From IMG/VR virus record IMGVR_UViG_3300048910_000074: a stretch of 64,000 nucleotides of DNA; one strand, 5' to 3'. Position numbers and translations under genes: made by a program. Positions within the stretch are counted from its first letter, which is position 1; the number at the start of each line of letters is the position of its first letter. This DNA comes from a virus. The notes beneath the pieces are model-generated. The model was given only the letters and a program-made list of their open reading frames with translations, did no database searches and was not told the origin of the DNA. Of the stretch, positions 49,296 to 57,743 are shown in pieces.

Positions 49296-52200
49296 ATGAG
49301 TGACTTCGGTCTGTTCGAAGCGGAACTTGACGCATCGACCGCACCAGAGCGAGTTCGGCGGCAGGCCAGCACTAAGCTCGCCAACGCCATTGACGAGGTG
49401 CGAGACCGCTACGGCGACTTCCTCCTCACCGCTTCCGGCAAGGATGAGTTCGAGGACCGCTGGTTCTACGCAAAGAACGACATCCGCAAGACTGCCGAAA
49501 CCCACGTCTTTCCCAACACCGGCACCATGCGCCGCATCCACGACGCGCTCAAGCGCGAGTTCGTGGCCTGCGATTGCGACCATGATGACGAGAAGAAGGA
49601 CAAGGACCACAACGACAGCTCCGACCAGGGTGGCGGCTACACTGCGCGCCGTCGGACCGCTGAGGAATTCCACGGCGATCTGATCCCCGAGGACAACTTC
49701 GATGGCTACCTGGACTCGGTCGACCAGGGTGCACCCGAGCGTGTCGAGAATGCTGATTTCGGTCAGGGTGGCGACACCGGCAGCGACCGTGGGCGTGAGG
49801 CCCGCCGCGTCGCGCTGGAGATGTACACCGACTGGGCCGAGGGTAACGGCATGAAGGTGGCCAAGCTGGCCACGCTGGAGCACTACGCCGACACCGGCAT
49901 CTCGGACAACACCTACCACTTGCTGGCCAACTACATTCTAGCCAGCGACGAAGAAGGTGGCTGCGACACCGACACCGATGGCCCTGCAGGCCCGGACAAG
50001 GACTCCGACGGTCCGGCCAAGTCGGACAAGAAGGATGACAGCAAGTCCGATTCGGGAGATGATGACTCCGATGAAGGTGATAGCGACGAGTCCGACGACA
50101 GTGACGTTCCAGCCAGCGACTCCGGAGGAGATGAGTCGTCTGACGATTCGGGAGACGAACCAGCTGACGGGGGAGACAGTGCTCCGCCTGACTTCGGAGG
50201 GGCAGACGCTGATGCTGGAGGCCCTGAGGAAGGACCGCCAGCAGACGATCAAGGATTCGCAGGACCGCCTGAAGGGCCGCAGGGTCTCGATGACGCTTCC
50301 CCCGACATTGCACCCGACGCGGGGATGGGGGATGAATCTGGCGACCCAGCAGCAGCTGGCGGCGACATGTACCCCGACGCCGCTGGCCCTGGTGACCAGT
50401 TCGCCATCCCGGACGCCCCACCTGACCTGAGCCCAGACGAGCAGGGCATGATCCCTGCCGACGATCAGCAGGGTGATCAGTCCATCCCACCGGAGCTGAT
50501 CGATGACATCCTCGGCTTGCCGCCGGGCACCATCGAGCAGCTGGTGGTCCAGGAGATCAGCGGCGGCGGCGCAGCACCGGACGACGGTAGCGGCGCTCCC
50601 CCACCTCCCCCACCGGCTGACGATGACCCATCGGCCCGTCTCGCGCGCCAGCTGTTCGCCGAGTTCACCGGGAAGGACTGGCACAGCAAGTCCCCAAAAG
50701 ATGAATCCGCCGATAAGCCCAAGACCAATTGGGATGACACCAACGGCGGGGTGACCAAGGGCAAGAATCCGATCACCCCAAAGGCGAGCCGTCGCCGGGT
50801 CGCAGGTGAGGATGACGGCAGTGGTGACTCCGGTGCTGACAGCACCCAGGACCCTGCTGCCGGTGGCCAGATCACCGCTCCGCCACAGGGTGCGACTCCT
50901 GCTGCATCTCCGACTCAGCCGGGCCCCGATGACGGTGCCGCGCTGGACCAGGCTGCGCAGGCCGTCACTCAGCTGATCGATCAGAAGACTCAGCAGTACC
51001 AGCAGCTGATCGATCCGCTGCAGCAGGCCGCGCAGGCCATTGAAATGGCGCTGGCGGTCGAGCAGGGAGCCAACCCGCTGGACGTCACCCCGCCTGCGGG
51101 CACGGTGGACGTCGGTCCGGGTGCCGAGCAGCCCGCTGCCGCTCCGAACACCGGCATGCCGACTGCTGCCCTGCAGCGTCACGCCTTCAAGATCGCGGTG
51201 CGCCACGACTTGAGCCAGGACGGCTACCACATGCTGCTGTCCGCCATGAGCAATCAGCACTACCGGCACGTCGCCGAGGCCATCGCGCCGCTGCGGGACC
51301 CGCAGGAGAAGATGGCCCTGGCCTCCTCCCTGGTCGACATGTTCAAGGCTGATAACGTCCGCTTCAACCCCGGAGCCTTCCTGGCATCGGCGGGCATCGA
51401 GCCGCAGCAGCACATGGCCTCCAGCCCGCGTGACCGCGCGGGAGACGGCTGGAAAGACAGCCGTGATCGAGGCGACGCCGAGCACGAGTCGCAAGACACC
51501 GACCCGGACAACTGGGAGGAGCGCGAAGCCGCTCGTCTCGGCCTTGTAGCGAGCCGCCACCCTTTCGCTGAAGGGTCTCGCCGCACTGCAGGTGAGACCC
51601 CTACTCCTGCGACCGGCGGCAACACCATGGACGTATTCGAGTTCCCCGGACAGGGAAAGACGCCCAAGTTCACGGACAACAACAAGCTGACCGATCTCCC
51701 GGCCATGAAGGGCCCCAAGATCGGCACCAGTGTGGTGGACAAGTACCAGCACTACAAGGAGCAGCAGGGCAAGTCTGGCCTGCCTACTGGCGGCGAGACA
51801 GGAGTTGACGGCTTCTTCAACTCTCCTTCTGGTAAGGGCTATGGCAGCCCATCTCAGACCAAGGTGCACGAGGTGGAGGGTCTGCAGCCGCACAAGGTTG
51901 CCAACTTCTTCCAGCCCAAGGTTGCCGGATGGCGCTGGGACGACCACCAGAACGCCTACCTGACTGACGGCCAGAAGCCGTTCCGGTGCACCACGGCGGG
52001 CTGCGACACCGACATCCCGACGCCGAGCCAGACTATGTGCCGCTGTGGCCGTCTCTGGTACACGTACGGCATCGGTGACAGCAACCACGTCGCGTCCAAC
52101 ACCGGACAGCTGTTCCTGGCCCGCGAGATTCCGGTCCGCCCGGACGTGATCATGGCCAACCGTCAGTTCACTGCCGACGAGGAGTTCAACAACGAGTCCG

Positions 52201-52607
52201 GTGACGGTCCGTACCAGGACTACGCCGAGGACGTCGAGTTCTTCAATGATGACGAGCTGGACACCGCCCCCAAGGCGCACGCCCCAGGTGAGACCGACAT
52301 GGACACCACCCGATCGGCAGGGCGTCGCACCGCCACTGATTACCCGGACGATCACAACGTCGTGACTCGCAACGGGGAGAAGTTCTGCAGCGCGTGCGAC
52401 GCCATGCTCTGGGACCCGAACGTCCACCACTGCCCGGAGAAGCAGGCTTCTCGGCGCACGGCGGACTGGACGGTCTATGACGACGACGACAACGCCGGAT
52501 ACACGGAGGGGCCGAGTGGGCCTCCGAGTACCAAGGTCAGCCCTGTTCGCAAGGACTGGGCCAAGGTCGACGGCAAGGGTCGCTACGCCCCCAACACCTT
52601 CAAGTAA
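49296..52607 (+). CDS. Large acidic low-complexity protein, probably virion head-associated
   Basis: 1103 aa with GGCAGGG RBS; D/G/P-rich linkers; C-terminal CxxC motifs; upstream of portal. Confidence 0.7.
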   Translation: MSDFGLFEAELDASTAPERVRRQASTKLANAIDEVRDRYGDFLLTASGKDEFEDRWFYAKNDIRKTAETHVFPNTGTMRRIHDALKREFVACDCDHDDEKKDKDHNDSSDQGGGYTARRRTAEEFHGDLIPEDNFDGYLDSVDQGAPERVENADFGQGGDTGSDRGREARRVALEMYTDWAEGNGMKVAKLATLEHYADTGISDNTYHLLANYILASDEEGGCDTDTDGPAGPDKDSDGPAKSDKKDDSKSDSGDDDSDEGDSDESDDSDVPASDSGGDESSDDSGDEPADGGDSAPPDFGGADADAGGPEEGPPADDQGFAGPPEGPQGLDDASPDIAPDAGMGDESGDPAAAGGDMYPDAAGPGDQFAIPDAPPDLSPDEQGMIPADDQQGDQSIPPELIDDILGLPPGTIEQLVVQEISGGGAAPDDGSGAPPPPPPADDDPSARLARQLFAEFTGKDWHSKSPKDESADKPKTNWDDTNGGVTKGKNPITPKASRRRVAGEDDGSGDSGADSTQDPAAGGQITAPPQGATPAASPTQPGPDDGAALDQAAQAVTQLIDQKTQQYQQLIDPLQQAAQAIEMALAVEQGANPLDVTPPAGTVDVGPGAEQPAAAPNTGMPTAALQRHAFKIAVRHDLSQDGYHMLLSAMSNQHYRHVAEAIAPLRDPQEKMALASSLVDMFKADNVRFNPGAFLASAGIEPQQHMASSPRDRAGDGWKDSRDRGDAEHESQDTDPDNWEEREAARLGLVASRHPFAEGSRRTAGETPTPATGGNTMDVFEFPGQGKTPKFTDNNKLTDLPAMKGPKIGTSVVDKYQHYKEQQGKSGLPTGGETGVDGFFNSPSGKGYGSPSQTKVHEVEGLQPHKVANFFQPKVAGWRWDDHQNAYLTDGQKPFRCTTAGCDTDIPTPSQTMCRCGRLWYTYGIGDSNHVASNTGQLFLAREIPVRPDVIMANRQFTADEEFNNESGDGPYQDYAEDVEFFNDDELDTAPKAHAPGETDMDTTRSAGRRTATDYPDDHNVVTRNGEKFCSACDAMLWDPNVHHCPEKQASRRTADWTVYDDDDNAGYTEGPSGPPSTKVSPVRKDWAKVDGKGRYAPNTFK

Positions 52608-52622
52608 CCAAGGAGTAGTCCT

Positions 52623-52988
52623 GTGGCAAGTGCCAAGGATGTCTGCTGGAACTGCCGACAGTATCTGGAGATCGAGTACACCGAGGCCGGGACCAAACGC
52701 CCGTTCTGCAGGCCGTGCGCCCTCCAGCTACCACCGACGTCTGAAGAGCTAGCCCTGCTCTTCATCGAGGTCACCTGCCCATTCAAGGTGGGTGACAAGG
52801 TGGAGGCATGGACCGCCGGGGAGGTGTTCGACGGCACCGGCGAGGTGCTGGAGATCAGTACCGAGCTACGCAACGGTGGCACGCGGGTCTACCCGTCGTT
52901 CCTCGTAAAGCTGGACACCAAAGAGCATGATCTGGCACCTGACCAGGCCTTTTACACTGAAATTTGCCTGAAGAAGGTGGCAGCGTGA
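52623..52988 (+). CDS. Hypothetical protein with CxxC..CxxC and SH3-like C-terminus
   Basis: AAGGAG RBS; CWNC, CRPC; CPFKVGDKVEAW. Confidence 0.65.
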   Translation: MASAKDVCWNCRQYLEIEYTEAGTKRPFCRPCALQLPPTSEELALLFIEVTCPFKVGDKVEAWTAGEVFDGTGEVLEISTELRNGGTRVYPSFLVKLDTKEHDLAPDQAFYTEICLKKVAA

Positions 52989-55588
52989 GTAACCTCTGGA
53001 CCCCCGGTGAAGGCAGCTGGCAAAGCCAGGTGCACAAGATGGCTGCGCAGAGCATGGACCCCAGGGTCGCTGCGACCGAGGCCGTGCAGGGCAGCTTCCT
53101 CAATGGCACCGACGCCGCCAACCGCAAGCTGATGCGGGCCATGGACAACCGCCGCAAGCTCGGTGGCTATCGAGGCCGTCAAATCATCGGTTCGGCGGGC
53201 TCCAACATGCAGATCGCCATGCCCAAGATTCGCCAGCCTATGGGCACCCTGGGCGATCAGGGCGTGCCGTTCAACGTGGACGACGAAGAGGAGCTGAAGG
53301 AGATTCGGCGTTGGTGCCGTCTCTTCTATCAGACTCACGACCTGGTCCCGCTGCTGATCGACATCTACAGCAAGTTCCCCTGCGTCGGACTGGAGTTCGA
53401 CAGCAAGGACCCCCTCATCAAGAAGTTCTACGAGGAGATGTTCATGGGGTCCGATCTGGACTACATGACGTTCCTGCCCGATTTCGGGCGTGAGTTCTTC
53501 ACCGTTGGTGAGGTCACCTCACTGGGTCACTTCAACGAGTCGCTGGGCGTGTGGTCGTCTGAGGAGATTCTGAACCCGGACATGCTGCGCGTCAGCCGGT
53601 CCATGTTCGTCCAGCGTGACCGTGTCCAGCTCATGGTCAAGGAGATGGTCGAGAGCCTGCGCCAGGGGCCGCTGGGCAGTGGCAACTCCATGGGCGATGA
53701 GGAGACCCCGTCCGAGCGACTGCAGCGCAACCGTGAGTACCAGGAGCTGGTCCAGAACTACCCGGAGATTCTGCAGGCAGCCGCCCAGAACGACGGCCTG
53801 GACATCTCCGAGGCTCTGATCAGCCGCGTGGTCAACCGGCCTACCCCGTGGGCCCGTCGAGGCTGCCCACACCTGCTGCGGTCCTTCCGGACCCTGATGC
53901 AGGAAGAGTCGCTCAATGCCGCGCAGCAGGCTGTGGCCGATCGCCTGTACAGCCCGCTGATCCTGGCCACCCTGGGCTCTGCAGACCTGGGCGACGGCGA
54001 GCCATGGCTGCCCTCGCAGGATGAGCTGGACGACGCCCGTGACGACTTCCAGACCGCGCTATCGGCAGACTTCCGTCTGATCGTGCACAACTTCGGCCTC
54101 AAGGTCGAAAACGTGTTCGGACGCGAGTCGGTGCCGAACCTGGATGCCGACTTCGAACGGGCTCAGTCCAAGCTCATGCAGGCCTGGGGTATTGGTGCCG
54201 CCTTGATCACGGGTGGCGACGGTGGCGCATACGCCAGCTCTGCCCTGAACCGCGAGTTCGTCACGCAGATGATGGTGGGCTTCCAGAATCACCTGCGTCG
54301 GCACATCCAGCGTCGCGCTGAGGTGGTGGCTGAGGCGCAGGGCCACTACGATTACGATCTCAAGGGCGGTGTCCGCGTTCCGATCTACCGCGAGATTGTG
54401 GAGCGCGACCCGGAGACCGGTGAGGAGTACATCCGCAAGGTGCCCAAGCTGCTCATCCCGGACATCAAGTTCTCCACGCTGAACCTGCGTGACGAGAGCC
54501 AGGAGCGCGCCTTCATCGCCCAGCTCAAGGGTATGGGTGTGCCTGTGTCCGACAAGACCATGTCGGTCAACATCGATATGGAGTTCGAGCAGGAGCTGGA
54601 GCGTCAGGCCGAGGAGTCGGTCAACAAGCTCATGGCCACCGCGCAGGCCATGCGCAAGGTGCAGATTCTCTGCGACGCGCAGAACCTGCCCTACCCGCCC
54701 GAGCTGGCTCAGCACCTCATGGCCACCCTGCAGCTGCGCCAAGGCAAGAATCAGACCGACCTGTCAGACGCTCAAACCGAAGCTGGTGTCGAGCAGGCCG
54801 AGCTGCAGACCGATCAGATCGAGCAGCAGAAGGTCATGCTGGAACAGCAGATGGGTGGAGGCGCTCCGATGCCCGGCGCGGGCATGATGCCTCCGCCAGG
54901 GATGATGCCACCAGGGGGCATGATGCCTCCCGGTGCCGGTGGTCCGCCGCCACCTGCCGGACCGGGTGGAGAACCCGGCCAGGATGGCACCGTGGGTGGC
55001 CCCGAGGGTGGCGCACCGGCTGCCCCAGGACCGGGAGCACCGGGCCCCGGAGCCCCGTCTGCAGGCTTCTTCGCCTCTCACAAGAAGCAATACCGTTTCG
55101 GTGGTCCGATCGACGGCCCAACTGCCACACCGATCAGCGCTCAGGGTCCGCACGGACCGGCAGGACCCGAGCTGCCTCCGGGTGTACCCGAGCCCAGCGA
55201 GCCTGCGCGCATGCGTCAGATTCCCGAGGAATCCGGCGACCTCAAGAAGAACATGCCGACGGCGTCCAAGGATGGTCGCAAGCTCAGCAAGTTCGAGATC
55301 GGGCCGTCCAGCTATGGCCAGCACCGACGTGCCTCCGAACAAGAGGTCGAGCGCCAGGTGGGACGCCGCCAGATGCATGCTTCCTTCAGCCCCGGTCGAC
55401 ACCCTAAGATCAGTGATCTGATCAACGACCCGAATTTCTATCGGGCGCTGAACAAGGATGCCTATCGCGGGCAGCTGCAGGCTGACTGGCCTGAGATTCT
55501 CGCTGGTGGAGCCCCAGAGTCGAAGAAGATTCTGACCGACATGGTGGAGCAGTTTGTCGAACTATTCGGAGTTGAGCCCACCTGGTGA
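52985..55588 (+). CDS. Portal protein (large actinophage myovirus type) with Pro/Gly/Met-rich tail
   Basis: IRRWCRLFYQTHDLVPLLIDIYSKFP, LNPD, RGCPHLLRSFRTL..AQQAVADRLYSPLIL; position before protease; MMPPG repeats. Confidence 0.75.
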   Translation: MSNLWTPGEGSWQSQVHKMAAQSMDPRVAATEAVQGSFLNGTDAANRKLMRAMDNRRKLGGYRGRQIIGSAGSNMQIAMPKIRQPMGTLGDQGVPFNVDDEEELKEIRRWCRLFYQTHDLVPLLIDIYSKFPCVGLEFDSKDPLIKKFYEEMFMGSDLDYMTFLPDFGREFFTVGEVTSLGHFNESLGVWSSEEILNPDMLRVSRSMFVQRDRVQLMVKEMVESLRQGPLGSGNSMGDEETPSERLQRNREYQELVQNYPEILQAAAQNDGLDISEALISRVVNRPTPWARRGCPHLLRSFRTLMQEESLNAAQQAVADRLYSPLILATLGSADLGDGEPWLPSQDELDDARDDFQTALSADFRLIVHNFGLKVENVFGRESVPNLDADFERAQSKLMQAWGIGAALITGGDGGAYASSALNREFVTQMMVGFQNHLRRHIQRRAEVVAEAQGHYDYDLKGGVRVPIYREIVERDPETGEEYIRKVPKLLIPDIKFSTLNLRDESQERAFIAQLKGMGVPVSDKTMSVNIDMEFEQELERQAEESVNKLMATAQAMRKVQILCDAQNLPYPPELAQHLMATLQLRQGKNQTDLSDAQTEAGVEQAELQTDQIEQQKVMLEQQMGGGAPMPGAGMMPPPGMMPPGGMMPPGAGGPPPPAGPGGEPGQDGTVGGPEGGAPAAPGPGAPGPGAPSAGFFASHKKQYRFGGPIDGPTATPISAQGPHGPAGPELPPGVPEPSEPARMRQIPEESGDLKKNMPTASKDGRKLSKFEIGPSSYGQHRRASEQEVERQVGRRQMHASFSPGRHPKISDLINDPNFYRALNKDAYRGQLQADWPEILAGGAPESKKILTDMVEQFVELFGVEPTW

Positions 55589-55636
55589 TAAACTCCAGCC
55601 CTGTAGAACCAACAAAGTAATTTTTTAGGAGTCCTA

Positions 55637-56008
55637 GTGGGCGTTCCTGCCTCTGTTCAGTTCGACAGCAGCTACGAGTACGGCTTGCGCCTACCCGATG
55701 GCAACGCTGTGTGGCCTCCCAAGTTGTGGTTCGGGCACAGCTTCCAGACGCCTGAAGAGCGCAAGCGGTTGTTGCAATCTCTCCTAACATCGATCAACAA
55801 CATGAGTCTGCCGCTTGAGCCCACGTTGGCTCAGTACCGCTGGCTCAAGCGGGAGACCCAGGTCATCACCGTCGAACGGGAGGTCATCGTGACCGACCAC
55901 GATATCGAGGGTGAGCTGTCTTGGGCTCCCGACACTGAGACCGAGAACGCCTGCTGTTCTCCCGAGTCCCCTGATGACACCGTCGGCGGCGGTTTCGTCC
56001 AGTCGTGA
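55637..56008 (+). CDS. Hypothetical protein
   Basis: TAGGAG RBS, GTG start. Confidence 0.6.
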   Translation: MGVPASVQFDSSYEYGLRLPDGNAVWPPKLWFGHSFQTPEERKRLLQSLLTSINNMSLPLEPTLAQYRWLKRETQVITVEREVIVTDHDIEGELSWAPDTETENACCSPESPDDTVGGGFVQS

Positions 56009-56069
56009 CCAAGGGCGAGTACCCGGTACCCGTAATGTCACATCTCACCCACGAGGAAAGGTTCCGCTC

Positions 56070-56807
56070 TTGACTGCGGTCACGATCAGTTACATCAAGG
56101 CCACCGACGTCCAGTTGACCGATCAGATCACTGTTGAAGTCATCGACAGCAACTTTTCCGACGCGCGCGTCTGTCAGGCGGCACGCACGTCGACCGCTGG
56201 CGCGCACGCCTCGGAAGAAGAGGGCTACGGCCTGATCAACGCCCTGATGCGCGGGCGGCATGGCACGCCGTTCGAGCACATGAACGTCACTTTCCGGGTC
56301 ACGGGCCCGCTGTTCATGTGGCGCGAGCATCACCGGCATCGTGCGGGGTGGAGCTACAACGAGGAGTCGGGCAGGTACAAGGTCCTGGAGCCGGTGTTCT
56401 ACACCGCAGGCCAGGGGCGTCCTCTGGCAAAGGTCGAAGGGTCCAAGAATATGGACTACGATCTGGCTCCTGGCTCCTTCGAGCAGCACCGACTGATGAC
56501 CGAGTTGGATATCGAAGAGTGCACGTATCTCTACAACAACTACCTGCGCAAGCTGGATGCGGGTATTGTCCGCGAGATGGCTCGGAAGAACCTTCCACTG
56601 AGCATCATGAGCACCTGCGTGGTCACCTGCAACGCCCGCTCGCTCATGCACTTCTTGTCGCTGAGACAGCGACACGACGACGCTGCGTTCCCAAGTAAGC
56701 CGCAGCTGGAGATCAACCTCGTGGCCGACGGATATGAGCGGCTGTTGCAGGAGCTGGCCCCGCTGACCCACAGGGCGTACATCAACAATCGCCGAGTGGC
56801 CCCCTAG
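56070..56807 (+). CDS. thyX: FAD-dependent thymidylate synthase
   Basis: HGTPFEH, REHHRHR..SYNEESGRY (RHRx7S signature), NARSLMHFLSLR, QLEI. Confidence 0.95.
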   Translation: MTAVTISYIKATDVQLTDQITVEVIDSNFSDARVCQAARTSTAGAHASEEEGYGLINALMRGRHGTPFEHMNVTFRVTGPLFMWREHHRHRAGWSYNEESGRYKVLEPVFYTAGQGRPLAKVEGSKNMDYDLAPGSFEQHRLMTELDIEECTYLYNNYLRKLDAGIVREMARKNLPLSIMSTCVVTCNARSLMHFLSLRQRHDDAAFPSKPQLEINLVADGYERLLQELAPLTHRAYINNRRVAP

Positions 56808-56827
56808 CGCAGGAAGCTCAGGTCAAA

Positions 56828-57076
56828 ATGCCTCAGGTAGACATCACTCATCAGGTCATCGTTACCGACCACCCTGACGAGGCGCAGAGCCTTGCCGGTT
56901 ACTTCAATGAGCATGGGGTGTTCGCGGTCGTTTGTGACGATCACGAGGTACGAGCAGCCTCCCCCGACAGCGAGACCGACTCGCTGATCCGCACCTTGAA
57001 GAGCACCTGGCAACACTTCTGGGACAATTCCGATTCAGGCCTCATGGGTCTACCGATGTTCGTCAAGGAGACGTAG
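56828..57076 (+). CDS. Hypothetical protein
   Basis: ORF between thyX and the 2H gene; TAG stop directly abuts the in-frame TTG of the next gene. Confidence 0.6.
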   Translation: MPQVDITHQVIVTDHPDEAQSLAGYFNEHGVFAVVCDDHEVRAASPDSETDSLIRTLKSTWQHFWDNSDSGLMGLPMFVKET

Positions 57077-57694
57077 TTGGAGATCAGGGAGTTCGATACC
57101 GGTTACAACGCGCCGCGCTGGGCCGCCACTCTTGACGACCGAGGAGTAACGAAAGTGACGACCAACCTGGTGCACCCAGAATCTATGCGCATCAAGGACG
57201 CCAGCGCTGAGCAGTCCAAGAAGACCGGCGGCATGATCGCGCTCTATCCGCGCCGGTCCGACCTGGAGAACCTGCTGGTCGATGACCCCAAGGCTGAGCC
57301 GATCGAAGACCTGCACATGACGGTGATCTTCCTGGGCGAGGACGTCACCGGCCAGGACCCCACCGAGCTGATCAGTCAGCTGGACTACGTCTCGCAGAAC
57401 TATTCGCCGATCGAAGCCCAGGCTTTCGCGCACGCTCTGTTCAACCCCAAGGGTGACGAGCCGTGCGCGGTTTACCTGATTGGCGACAACATCGATCTGG
57501 TCGACCTGTACGACGATCTCAAGCGGTACGTCACTGAGCACTACCCCGGCTCCAAGGAGCAGCATCCGGTGTACACCCCGCATATAACCGCTGGGTATGG
57601 CATCGGGATCGACAAGCTGGAGTACACCGGACCAGTGCTCTTCGAGAAGATCGGCCTGCGCTGGCCTGACCACGATCAGGACTGGACCCTGTAG
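57077..57694 (+). CDS. 2H phosphoesterase (2'-5' RNA ligase/Acb1-like)
   Basis: Two HxT motifs: DLHMTVIFLG and YTPHITAGY. Confidence 0.85.
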   Translation: MEIREFDTGYNAPRWAATLDDRGVTKVTTNLVHPESMRIKDASAEQSKKTGGMIALYPRRSDLENLLVDDPKAEPIEDLHMTVIFLGEDVTGQDPTELISQLDYVSQNYSPIEAQAFAHALFNPKGDEPCAVYLIGDNIDLVDLYDDLKRYVTEHYPGSKEQHPVYTPHITAGYGIGIDKLEYTGPVLFEKIGLRWPDHDQDWTL

Positions 57695-57743
57695 CAACCC
57701 CATGCACTCCCCTCAATAGGCAGAAGCCTTATGAGGAGGAAGC

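Noticed and set aside
54868-55060. ATGATGCC tandem repeats as a DNA-level element
   Set aside because: Explained by the MMPPG/PGAPG low-complexity protein tail of the portal
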